Both the position numbers and the translations under genes were made by a program. From IMG/VR virus record IMGVR_UViG_3300020576_004326, positions 22,919 to 86,918 of that record: a DNA stretch of 64,000 nt; one strand, given 5' to 3'. The stretch is from a virus (Duplodnaviria; Caudoviricetes). Of the stretch, positions 9,434 to 18,460 are shown in pieces (positions within the stretch are counted from its first letter, which is position 1; each line of letters opens with the position of its first letter). The notes below the pieces were generated by a model. The model saw only the letters and a program-made list of their open reading frames with translations, did not search any database and had not been told where the DNA came from.

Positions 9434-9907
9434 ATGGCTACCAAGAGCAAGCAGAAACTTCCGTCGCGCATCCCCGTCGACCCCGTCCGTTCGCTAGACG
9501 GGTTCTCTCTGGGCGACCGGGTCGCCTATCGCGAGGAGAGCGTCTTCCGATTCTCGCAAGAAGACGTCGACACGAAAGCGTGCCCGCCGAACGACTTCGT
9601 GATTCGGTCGTTCGTGTCTCGGGACGGGCAGAGCTCCGCGTACCTCATCGACGCCGACGGCAACAACGCCGGCTGCGAAGAGACGCACAACCTCGACAAG
9701 CTGTCGGGCAAGTTCCGGCTATTCTCGATCCTCGACGACGCCTGCGACGCGAACACATTCGCGGGCCCCGTCAGCGTGTCCGTCTTGCACGACTACGTGC
9801 GCGCCAACCACGGCGAGCGGGACGCGATCTCGCTCGTCAAGTTCGACAGCAGGCAGCTCGACAGGCTGCTCGCCGTCTACGTGTCTTCTCGAATCGAAGG
9901 AGCCTAG
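9434..9907 (+). CDS. hypothetical protein
   Basis: GGAG RBS; GC3 bias. Confidence 0.6.
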   Translation: MATKSKQKLPSRIPVDPVRSLDGFSLGDRVAYREESVFRFSQEDVDTKACPPNDFVIRSFVSRDGQSSAYLIDADGNNAGCEETHNLDKLSGKFRLFSILDDACDANTFAGPVSVSVLHDYVRANHGERDAISLVKFDSRQLDRLLAVYVSSRIEGA

Positions 9908-9909
9908 CC

Positions 9910-10278
9910 GTGGCCGACATTTCCGAATACCAGATCGTGCAGGTCTCGTCTCGTGACGGCATCACCCCGCGCGAGTATCTCATCCACCGCGACGAGGTCG
10001 ACCGCTTCGTCGCGGCTACGGTGCAGCTCCACGGACCAGGGTGCGTAAATCCCTATAGCGGCAACGCGACGACTCCCGTCGACCTCATCGCCGTCGGCGA
10101 CGTCGTGCCCGCAGGGCCCTACTGGTGGACCACCCCGGGTCTGCTTAACAACTACGACCCCACCGGCGCCCGCATCTTCCGCGCCGAGGTCTTCAAGCAG
10201 ATCTGGATAAGCCCCGCGTACAAGGCGCGGCTAGAAGCCCATCGCCAGTCCGAACTCGATGCGGAGGCGAGTCCATGA
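9910..10278 (+). CDS. hypothetical protein
   Basis: GGAG RBS and GTG start inside the longer ORF 9238-10278. Confidence 0.55.
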   Translation: MADISEYQIVQVSSRDGITPREYLIHRDEVDRFVAATVQLHGPGCVNPYSGNATTPVDLIAVGDVVPAGPYWWTTPGLLNNYDPTGARIFRAEVFKQIWISPAYKARLEAHRQSELDAEASP

Positions 10279-10550
10279 CGCCCCTGCAGGAGGCCGCGCT
10301 GCGCATCTCCGAACTCAAGGCGGCTGTAGACGACGAACAGCGTTTCGAGGAGGAGACGAGCCAGCGCTCGGAGAACCTGGCCCTGCTCAAGGAGCTGCTC
10401 CGCGTAGACCGCGCGCTGTTCGTGCAGGGCACCACGTCGGAGGAGCGCATCGCCGCGATGAAGTGGGTGTCGTCGTACCTCGACGCCGAGCACTCGTCGA
10501 GCGTGCCCGCCGACCGCATCCTCTTCCAGCTGATGAGGAGGTCGAAGTGA
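10275..10550 (+). CDS. hypothetical coiled-coil protein
   Basis: GGAGG RBS, ATGA overlap. Confidence 0.55.
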   Translation: MTPLQEAALRISELKAAVDDEQRFEEETSQRSENLALLKELLRVDRALFVQGTTSEERIAAMKWVSSYLDAEHSSSVPADRILFQLMRRSK

Positions 10551-11240
10551 CCAACCACCGCGGGCCAGAAAGCGTGGCGCCCGGCGACGCTCGGTGCGAA
10601 GCCCTCGTGAAGGGAAAGCCATACTACGTGTTCGAGTGGATGAAAGTAGACCACCGCTGCCCCAAGCGAGCGTGCCAGATGCGCGGGCCTATAGCCGTGT
10701 GCCACCTGCACGCTCGGTCGAAGGCGGTCGAGAAGTTTGAGGGAGTAGCGAGGTGAAGCAGTCGATCAAGTTGGGTCGGGTAGCGACCGACAGGCACGAA
10801 GTGGGAGACCTCGTCGTGTGGCGAGACGACAATTTTGCAACGATCACGGGCGGTCGCCGTCGCTACGGCGACGGGCCTTTCCGCGTTCTCGAAGTGCGCG
10901 ACGCGCCGCTGTACGTCACCGGGGCGGGGTGGTCGAACCACAAGAGCATGGGACACACGCAGCACGTCACGGTGCGCATGTCTACGAGCGAGAAAGAGGT
11001 GTTCTCGGGAGCCTTCTTTCGCAAATCTTCGTAAGAGGAGGTACTTCGATGCTAGAAGTGTACGAGGTCACGACCGCCAACGGAGGCAACGTCCGCGTGC
11101 TCGTCGACCCAAAGGACGTTGCGATAAGCGGCGACGCGCGGAGCCTGCAGCGGCGACCTCGCCGAGCGCCAGCAGTACGAGAAGGCCGAGAGCAAGCTTC
11201 GCGCCGAGATCGTGCTCCGCATGGGCAAGGAGAAGTCGTG

Positions 11241-11621
11241 ATGCGCGAGCAGCTAGACTGCCAGTCATGCGGCGCCTGCTGCGTAGAGGCGGGCCCCGTC
11301 TCGGTTAACGTGTACGACTCGACGCCGCGGTGGCGCACGCGCTCTATCCGCTACTCGATGCCGTACACGGAGCAAGACGTGCGGGACGGCGTGCGCCAGA
11401 TGGACAAGTACCTGGGCGGCCGATGCAAGGCGCTCGCCGGCGTCGTATGCAAGTCGGTGTCGTGCAGGATATACGACACTCGCCCCGCAGTGTGTCGCAC
11501 GTTCGAGCCGGGTAGCGCGGGGTGCCTAGAGAGCCGCGCTACCGCGCTCCGCAAGGCTGCTGCGCCAGAAGACGACGGGTATCGAGGCTACGGAACCAAC
11601 TGGAAACGGACGGTTACCTAG
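11241..11621 (+). CDS. YkgJ-family CxxCxxCC cysteine-cluster protein
   Basis: CQSCGACC and CRIYDTRPAVCRTF motifs. Confidence 0.75.
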   Translation: MREQLDCQSCGACCVEAGPVSVNVYDSTPRWRTRSIRYSMPYTEQDVRDGVRQMDKYLGGRCKALAGVVCKSVSCRIYDTRPAVCRTFEPGSAGCLESRATALRKAAAPEDDGYRGYGTNWKRTVT

Positions 11622-11756
11622 CGCATCGCATGCGTGCGGCGGGCAATACGACGCTCCGCCGCACGAGTAAAGGTGAGAAGACGAAGGTTGTTCAGCGAGC
11701 TGCGACCGTAGTTGGTCGAAGCTCGGTGCGCATCCCGCGCCAAGAGGAGAGAACCT

Positions 11757-12098
11757 ATGAAAGCCGCAAAGAAGTACCGCGAGGCGATGAACCTGCTCAA
11801 CCACTTCCAGGCGCCGTTCCGCGAGCTGATCCCCACCCTCGGCCGCGACCAGCTGGCCTCGATCATCGCCGCCGCGAAGGCACGCGACCGCATCCTCGCC
11901 AAGGCCGAGAAGAAGCAGGCCGACGCGATCACCAAGGCCGGGAGCATGGGCGCTCGCGCCCACAAGTTCTTGACGAAGCATCGGGTGGACACCGAACTCG
12001 TCATGGGGTCGAAGCCCGTCGCCAAGGCCGCCAAGGCGTTCGGCAAGAAGGCGAGCAAGTCGGAGACGTCGCCCTTCCCCGTCCGCCAGGCGAGCTGA
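11757..12098 (+). CDS. hypothetical Ala/Lys-rich protein
   Basis: GAGGAG RBS; followed by a hairpin at 12106-12130. Confidence 0.6.
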   Translation: MKAAKKYREAMNLLNHFQAPFRELIPTLGRDQLASIIAAAKARDRILAKAEKKQADAITKAGSMGARAHKFLTKHRVDTELVMGSKPVAKAAKAFGKKASKSETSPFPVRQAS

Positions 12099-12485
12099 TC
12101 CGCACCGGGGCGGAGAAGTTATCCGCCCCGCCCTCTAAGCCAAGGAGACTTCGGTGGCTACCAACCCGTACGCGAAGGTACCGCGCCTGCCGTTCTCGCG
12201 TCACGACGAGCAGACGGTAGAGGTGGTGGGCTACGTTCCCGACCACGACGTGAAGCCTACGCACCTAGACGTGAAGAACGACGCCGGCGAGGTGTATCGC
12301 CTGCCCGTTACCCACGCGCTGCTCTACAAGCTAGTCGAGCTGATCTGCACCTACAACCGCGAAGACCCGATCGGCGCGCGTATCGTCGTATCTTCGTCGG
12401 CCAACAAGAACGCCTACCTCGTCTGCAAGGGAGCAGACTGGTAGGACGAGTTACTTCGATCACACTTCGACAGGAGAACACTGCG

Positions 12486-12827
12486 ATGGTAAAGAAAAAG
12501 CGCAAGACGGTGCAGGAGGAGGTAGACGAGAGTCCGCGGCGCGTAGCCAAGAAGGCGCTGCGCGCGTCTGCCGACGCGGGCACCAAGAGCCGCCCTGAGG
12601 GGCTCCTCGTGCTGAAGCTGAGCGACGTGCAGCACCTGCGCGCCGAGATTTCCGACTTCACTGGCACTGAGCAGTTCGTGCTGCAGCGGTGGATGAAGAC
12701 GAAGAAGGTCGGGTGGGTGCGGACGAAGGCCCGTCTCGGATTCGACCTGAAGGTCGCACGCGACCTGCCCGAAGCCGTCGGCGCCGCGATCGCGGAGCTC
12801 CTTCCCAGAAAAAAGAAGAAGACGTAG
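12486..12827 (+). CDS. hypothetical basic protein
   Basis: AGGAG RBS; GC3 bias. Confidence 0.55.
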   Translation: MVKKKRKTVQEEVDESPRRVAKKALRASADAGTKSRPEGLLVLKLSDVQHLRAEISDFTGTEQFVLQRWMKTKKVGWVRTKARLGFDLKVARDLPEAVGAAIAELLPRKKKKT

Positions 12828-13288
12828 GCCATGCACATCCACCTCACCGAGAAGCGTAAGTTCCTTATCGTCCCCAGATTTCCGGAGGGTGTAGCCAAAG
12901 ACTGGCGCATCCCGCTGGGAGACCTGAATCTCGAGGTTACGACCGACTTGGTCGTGCGTAAGCTGCAGTCGGCGTCTCGCGGCAGATTTAGCAATCTCAA
13001 CCTGTCGTGGCACGAAGCCATTCTGCTGCCGTACGGCTTCTACGACAACTGCCGAATCAGCAACGCGATTCTGGTCGGAGGAGAGTACTCTAAGTGCAAC
13101 ATGAAATATACGAGGCTGGTAGTAGAAGGCCGCCGAGAATCGCGAAAAGCGCCAGCGCCTGCTCAAGGAGCTGGAGGCCCGCCGCGACGCCAAGATCGGC
13201 ACGATGTCGGAAGAAGACATCCTCAAGGAACTGGAGGGCCTCGACGGCCCGTCGCTCGCCGCGGCCGAGTAAAGATCGGCGACGCTTC

Positions 13289-13364
13289 GGCCCCGTAGCT
13301 CAGCGGTACGAGCGGCTCGTTTACACCGAGAAGGTCGCAGGTTCGATTCCTGCCGGGGCCACCA
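13289..13364 (+). tRNA. tRNA-Val (anticodon UAC)
   Basis: Acceptor stem GGCCCCG/CGGGGCC, D arm GCTC/GAGC, loop TT-TAC-AC, T arm GCAGG-TTCGATT-CCTGC, encoded CCA. Confidence 0.92.
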
Positions 13365-13369
13365 ACAAC

Positions 13370-13407
13370 TTGGGGAGGAGAGCCGTTCGCGCGACTCTCC
13401 TCCCCAA
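13370..13407 (+). terminator. hairpin after tRNA
   Basis: 13-bp inverted repeat TTGGGGAGGAGAG/CTCTCCTCCCCAA. Confidence 0.55.
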
Positions 13408-13563
13408 CTCGCATGCTAGAGACGGAGCGACGCAGTGAACTACGAACTCTTGATGCTGAACGACGCGGTCGTGATGGTAGAACGGGGCTGGACACAGCAG
13501 ATACTCGCCCGCGGCACCGCGGGCGCCACGTCTCTATCTCCCAAAGCCGAAGGAGGGTAGCCC

Positions 13564-13950
13564 ATGAAGTGCTGCTTCTGCCCCGAGTCCGTTGAGCACG
13601 CGCGGGAGCGTGCCGGCCTCTCATGCTGCAAGGCGTGCGGAGACGCGGCCGCGAAGTTCGACCTGGCTTACAAGCACTCGCAGGTAGGTCCCGCGTACAA
13701 CAAGGGCTCGCTCCAGTTTCTAGGCGGCGACAAGTTCCGCAGCAACGCACTAGACGCCGGGCGCAAGACGAGCGCGGTGGTGCCCGACGCTATACCCGAC
13801 GCCGCTCCCGCGAAGCGCACCGCGCCCAGCGCACGACGCCGGCGAGTGGGCACGATGTGGACCGCAGACGGCGACTGCTTCGTGCTGTACGCCGGTGACG
13901 ACCCCAAGAAGCGCGGTGCGGTGCGCTTCGTCTTCTCTCAGGAGAACTAA
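13564..13950 (+). CDS. hypothetical protein with N-terminal Cys cluster
   Basis: CCFC...CCKAC; GGAGG RBS. Confidence 0.55.
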   Translation: MKCCFCPESVEHARERAGLSCCKACGDAAAKFDLAYKHSQVGPAYNKGSLQFLGGDKFRSNALDAGRKTSAVVPDAIPDAAPAKRTAPSARRRRVGTMWTADGDCFVLYAGDDPKKRGAVRFVFSQEN

Positions 13951-13951
13951 G

Positions 13952-14317
13952 ATGGCTAAGCACAGCTGGACGAAATCTACACTGGGTCACGGGGAGCAGA
14001 TGTGCTCCAAGTGCGGAATCACGAACAGGGAAGCGTCGATCTTGGGCAAGCTAGAGTCGTGCAGCGTCGCCGACCCTCCTGCCGTGTACGCTGCCCCGTC
14101 GGAGGAAGGATACTACTGGGCGAAGCTGGTGACGCCCTCCGAGATGCCGGCCACCGAAGACTGGGTATCTGAGCAGTGGGAGATCGTCGAGGTATTCGAC
14201 AACAACGGCGAAGGCGACGAGAGTCTCGGCGTGGCGGTTCCTGGCGTTCCTCCCACGCAGTGGGTAAAGAACTTCACCTGGGGTCCTCGCATAGAGAAGC
14301 CCGACAACTTAGAGTAA
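13952..14317 (+). CDS. hypothetical protein
   Basis: AGGAG RBS; CSKC motif. Confidence 0.55.
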   Translation: MAKHSWTKSTLGHGEQMCSKCGITNREASILGKLESCSVADPPAVYAAPSEEGYYWAKLVTPSEMPATEDWVSEQWEIVEVFDNNGEGDESLGVAVPGVPPTQWVKNFTWGPRIEKPDNLE

Positions 14318-14330
14318 AGGAAGAGAAGCA

Positions 14331-14711
14331 ATGAGCATCGGTATATACTGCATCACCGAAGAGGCGTTAGAGATAATTCGCGCCTCCCTCAGAGTAGCAG
14401 CCGTGCGCGGCGGGGTGGTAACCGAAGCGGGCCGCACGATATCCGACGCAGAGTTCTCGCACGTACTGAGCGACGTGCTCCGGGCCGCGCCGCCGTCTAG
14501 GTGGGCCGCGAGGAACGAACCCGACCCCCACGACTCTCGCTACGACTGCGAGAGGAGCGAGCTGATCGGCGGCAACCTGTCCGACGACGAGGTCGCCAAC
14601 GCAGTGTTCATGGCTCCAGACATACACACAACCACAATCGCCAAGGATCGCATCAGATGGCTATCGAGGAAGCTGGCCGAGAAGCAGAAGACTTCGCCCG
14701 CCAGCTCCTAG
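14331..14711 (+). CDS. hypothetical protein
   Basis: Purine-rich RBS region; its 3' end overlaps the sigma factor start. Confidence 0.5.
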   Translation: MSIGIYCITEEALEIIRASLRVAAVRGGVVTEAGRTISDAEFSHVLSDVLRAAPPSRWAARNEPDPHDSRYDCERSELIGGNLSDDEVANAVFMAPDIHTTTIAKDRIRWLSRKLAEKQKTSPASS

Positions 14712-15178
14712 CGCAGCGCAAGTTTCTGAAGCGCCTCGCGATCAAGCTGTCTGGCGGACGCGACGCGGAGGACCTGGTTCAAGAGACGCTGCTCAAGGCG
14801 CTTACGAAGCGGCACCTGTTCGACGGCACCAACTTGCCGGCGTGGCTCTCTACGGTGCTGCGCAACACTTTCCTGTCGCGGTATCGCAAGTACCACCGCG
14901 AGATAGAAGACGTAGACGAGGCGGCCGCCCTGTCGCTCGTGCAGCACCCCAGCCAGCACCACACGGCCGAGCTGTCGGAGCTGTACGACGCACTTGCGCA
15001 GCTACCCTACGACCATCGCGAGACGCTGCTGATGATCGCCGTAGATCGTCTCAGCTACGCGGAGGTATCCGAACTGGCCGGCGTACCCGAAGGAACGGTA
15101 AAGAGCCGCGTATTTCGGGCGCGCGAGGCACTGGCACGCATACTGGGGGTGGAGCCGCCCCCGCGCGAAGATGAGTAA
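14657..15178 (+). CDS. ECF sigma factor, EcfG/SigT-like
   Basis: Region 2 [14 protein letters not shown] and [16 protein letters not shown]; region 4 [25 protein letters not shown]. Confidence 0.88.
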   Translation: MAIEEAGREAEDFARQLLAQRKFLKRLAIKLSGGRDAEDLVQETLLKALTKRHLFDGTNLPAWLSTVLRNTFLSRYRKYHREIEDVDEAAALSLVQHPSQHHTAELSELYDALAQLPYDHRETLLMIAVDRLSYAEVSELAGVPEGTVKSRVFRAREALARILGVEPPPREDE

Positions 15179-15232
15179 AATCACAGCAGAGGCTGCTACC
15201 GCACCTCTGCTTTTTTCTGGCGGAGAAACCCG

Positions 15233-16372
15233 ATGAATAACGACGGTACGCGAATCGAGGCTCCCTACTGCCTGTTCCTGGCAGACGCCACCGACCCCAA
15301 GGCGATCAAGACGGCGTCGGGCCTCGTAGAGTGGGCTCCGGATCGCGTGGCGTGCGAGTACGGCCTGCCGGGCTGCACCGTGTCCGCGGGAGTCCCGCGC
15401 GCCGAGACGCTCAACGAGGCGGTCGAGAAGTACGGCGCCAAGACACTCGTGGTCGGCGTCGTCACCAACACGGGAGACACGCTGCCCGCTCCCTGGAAGA
15501 AGGCCTTCCGCCTGGCCATGACCGCCGGCCTCGACGTCGCGAGCGGGATGCACGACAGGCTGTCCGACGACGCCACCCTCGTCCACTATTCGATGAACAC
15601 GGGCACCCAGCTTCACGACTTTAGGTACACGCCCAAAGAGTACAAGATCGGCAAGGGCGTCCCGCGCCCCGGCATCCGCGTCATGGTCGTCGGCCAAGAC
15701 TGCAACATCGGCAAGAAGTACACGTCCGTCGCGCTCACTCGCGCGCTCGTCAACGCCGGCGTAGACGCCTCGTTCCGGCCCACCGGCCAGACTGGCGCGC
15801 TTATCGCGGAGGGCGAGCGCAGCGTCGTGGTGGACACCGTCGTGTCCGACTTTCTGACGGGAGCCGTCGAGTGGCTGTGCCCGGCCGCGGCGCCCGACCA
15901 CGTCGACGTGGTGGAAGGGCAGGGCTGCCTGTGGAGTCCCGGCAGTGGGCAGCTAGTCGTCTCGCTCATCTACGGCAGCCAGCCCGATTTCTTGGTGATG
16001 TGCGTCGATCCCCCGCGCACGAAGCTGCGCGGCCTCGACTACGAGGTTGTCGACCCCGTGTTCGATATAGAGTCGAATCTGCAGTTCGCGCGGCGCGTCA
16101 ACCCGCACGCGAGGCTCCTCGGCATTTCGGTGAACCTCTCCCACGTTCCGCTCCACGAGACTGCCGCCGTCATGGCAAAGTACGACGTCGTAGCCGGCTG
16201 CTTTCGCGGAAGCATCGGCAGTAAAGATTTCGTGCCGCGAGCGTTCGACCCCAACGACGCCGTCTCTATGTCGCGCGCCGTGTCGGCCGTGAAGCTGCTG
16301 GCGGAGCAGAACGCCGCGGGCAACCACCGCAACGTCTCCGACACGAAGTTCATGTCGGCGAAGACTTTCTGA
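15233..16372 (+). CDS. DUF1611 (DgcN-like) protein, paralogue A
   Basis: DVASGMH, VGQDCNIGKKYT, PTGQTG, VEGQG, GSQPD motifs typical of DUF1611. Confidence 0.85.
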   Translation: MNNDGTRIEAPYCLFLADATDPKAIKTASGLVEWAPDRVACEYGLPGCTVSAGVPRAETLNEAVEKYGAKTLVVGVVTNTGDTLPAPWKKAFRLAMTAGLDVASGMHDRLSDDATLVHYSMNTGTQLHDFRYTPKEYKIGKGVPRPGIRVMVVGQDCNIGKKYTSVALTRALVNAGVDASFRPTGQTGALIAEGERSVVVDTVVSDFLTGAVEWLCPAAAPDHVDVVEGQGCLWSPGSGQLVVSLIYGSQPDFLVMCVDPPRTKLRGLDYEVVDPVFDIESNLQFARRVNPHARLLGISVNLSHVPLHETAAVMAKYDVVAGCFRGSIGSKDFVPRAFDPNDAVSMSRAVSAVKLLAEQNAAGNHRNVSDTKFMSAKTF

Positions 16373-16384
16373 GAGGACGATACT

Positions 16385-17485
16385 ATGATGCTCCCGCACG
16401 AGTGCACCCCTCCCTACATCCTGTACCTGGGAGACTCGACCACGCTCGACGAGATAAAGACGGCGACCGGCCTGCTCAAGTGGCGCCCCGAGTGGTGCAC
16501 GGGGTTCTACGCGGAACCCGAGTGCACCGTGACGCACGCGATGGGCAACCTCCCCCGCATATCTACCGTGCAGGAAGGCGTCATACTGGGAGCCAAGACG
16601 TTCGTGATCTGCTGCGTCGCGCGCGGCAGCAAGCTATCGCCGGCGTGGTACGAGACGGTGGCCAACTGGATCAGTTCGGGCAGCGGCATCGACGTAGCCA
16701 CCGGAACGCACGAGCGCATCAAGTCTCACCCCCAGTACGCCAAGCTGGCGGAGGCATCGGGCTGTCGCCTCGTAGACTATCGCCACCACGACACGCAGTA
16801 CCCCCTGTGTCGCGGCGAGAAGCGCTCGGGTCTGCGCCTGCTCACTATCGGTCACGACGGCTGCGTCGGTAAGAAGTACACGTCGCTCGCCCTGTGTGCC
16901 GAGCTAAAGCGGCGCGGCATCGCTCACAAGTTCGCACCCACCGGACAGACGGGCGCGCTTATCGCAGGCGCCGAAGACAGGTCGATCGTGATCGACTCTA
17001 CCGAGGCCGACTTCGCCTCGGGCGCCGCGGCGTGGCTCACGCCTCCCGCCGAAGACGCGGGCTTCTGGTACGTGATCGAGGGGCAGGCCAGCCTCTTCCA
17101 CCCCGGCTGGGCTCCCCCGAGCCTCGCTCTACTCTACGGCAGCCAGCCCGACGCCCTCGTGTACTGCATCGACCCGACCCGTCGGCTGCAGCTAGGCACC
17201 GCCCTCCGAGTCGTCCCGATGGCTGCAGAGATCGACCTGAACCTGCAGCTGGCGCGGCGCGTCAATCGCGGCGTCGCTCCCTACGCCGTGAGCGTGAACA
17301 TGGCGAACGTGCCTCCCGAAGACTACGACCTCGTCATGGCCGGGGTGCGCGACGAGGTATCGCAGCTCAGCTACGACGTGTCGGTGATCGACCCCAATCG
17401 ACCCGACACGTTCTACCACCTCATCGAGCGCATGGTGAGCCGCTCGGTAGAGGTGCGAACGCGCGCGGCGGAGGTGCCCGAATAA
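16385..17485 (+). CDS. DUF1611 (DgcN-like) protein, paralogue B
   Basis: IGHDGCVGKKYT, PTGQTG, IEGQASLFHP, GSQPD motifs. Confidence 0.85.
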   Translation: MMLPHECTPPYILYLGDSTTLDEIKTATGLLKWRPEWCTGFYAEPECTVTHAMGNLPRISTVQEGVILGAKTFVICCVARGSKLSPAWYETVANWISSGSGIDVATGTHERIKSHPQYAKLAEASGCRLVDYRHHDTQYPLCRGEKRSGLRLLTIGHDGCVGKKYTSLALCAELKRRGIAHKFAPTGQTGALIAGAEDRSIVIDSTEADFASGAAAWLTPPAEDAGFWYVIEGQASLFHPGWAPPSLALLYGSQPDALVYCIDPTRRLQLGTALRVVPMAAEIDLNLQLARRVNRGVAPYAVSVNMANVPPEDYDLVMAGVRDEVSQLSYDVSVIDPNRPDTFYHLIERMVSRSVEVRTRAAEVPE

Positions 17486-18456
17486 TGGCGTCGATGGACC
17501 TCAAGCTGTGCAAGTCTTCGCTCTCTGTCGGAGCCAAGATACGCGACCTGTTCGAGCGCCACATGCGCGAGAAGCTGGGCAAGAAGAGCAAGCGCGTCGC
17601 TCTCTTGCTGTCGGGGGGCATCGACTCGGCGCTGGCGGGCATAGCGGCCACGCGCGCGGGTCACGAGGTGCACGCGTACACCTTCCGAATGGCAGGGCAG
17701 CCCGGCTTCGACGACAAGTGGGCCGAGCACACCGCCAAGGTGATGGGGTGGAAGTGGGAGCTGATAGAGCTTCCCACCGACCTCTACGCCGTGGCGGGCC
17801 TCGTGCCGATGATGCACGACGAGTTCGCCTGTCGCCTCAAGCGCAACTACGAGTGCCTCTGGCCTCTCCTGTTCTCCTACGCGAGCATCGAAGAGAAGTT
17901 CGTCGTGTCGGGCCTCGCGGCAGACAACCACTACATGCCGAACCGCAAAGCCCAGAAGCTGGGGGCGCGCGACGACAAGGGCGTATTCGACGAGCTCCGA
18001 TCGGGGTCGTTCGCCAAGCTGCACGAGGGCGGCATAGACGCGCTGTCGCGAGACTACAACCCCGCTAACCTGTGGATGAACCTGCAGGCCGAGCGGCACT
18101 TCGGGAAGGTAGGAGTAAATCCCTACCTAGAGCGCGAGCTGTACGACCTGCTCCTCCCGTTCGACTGGAACCAGCTGCACAAGCCTCGGCAGAAGCACCA
18201 CCTCGTGGGTGCGTACCCCGAGGTGATGAAGTACGTGGGGCACCGTAATCATCGTAACTACCAAAACGCCGGGATAGACACGCACTTCGAGAAGCTCCTC
18301 GAGACGCCTCTCAACATCAAGAACTCGCGCCGCGCGCTAGACATGTACGCGTCGTGGCGACACCACCCCAAAGATTTCGCGAAGGCGCTGTCTAAGGTGC
18401 GCGACAAGTACGCGGCGAAGGCCGAGAAGCTGCTTACGCGCAAGAGCAAGAGGTAG
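17485..18456 (+). CDS. Asn-synthetase-like PP-loop ATP-dependent amide ligase lacking a glutaminase domain (CmoY-like candidate)
   Basis: LLLSGGIDS PP-loop, VVSGLAAD (cf. AsnB VLSGEGAD), NPYL (cf. VPFL); ATG overlaps the upstream TAA. Confidence 0.75.
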   Translation: MASMDLKLCKSSLSVGAKIRDLFERHMREKLGKKSKRVALLLSGGIDSALAGIAATRAGHEVHAYTFRMAGQPGFDDKWAEHTAKVMGWKWELIELPTDLYAVAGLVPMMHDEFACRLKRNYECLWPLLFSYASIEEKFVVSGLAADNHYMPNRKAQKLGARDDKGVFDELRSGSFAKLHEGGIDALSRDYNPANLWMNLQAERHFGKVGVNPYLERELYDLLLPFDWNQLHKPRQKHHLVGAYPEVMKYVGHRNHRNYQNAGIDTHFEKLLETPLNIKNSRRALDMYASWRHHPKDFAKALSKVRDKYAAKAEKLLTRKSKR

Positions 18457-18460
18457 CAAA

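Noticed and set aside
16894-17484. 520-aa ORF as the true length of the amide ligase
   Set aside because: The upstream part is an off-frame shadow of DUF1611 paralogue B; the plausible start is ATG 17485.
15233-17485. DUF1611 pair as an ordinary D-glutamate catabolic auxiliary gene set
   Set aside because: No DgcA-like racemase or transporter in the window, and the direct partner is an amide ligase. It is not excluded, because the rest of the genome is unseen.
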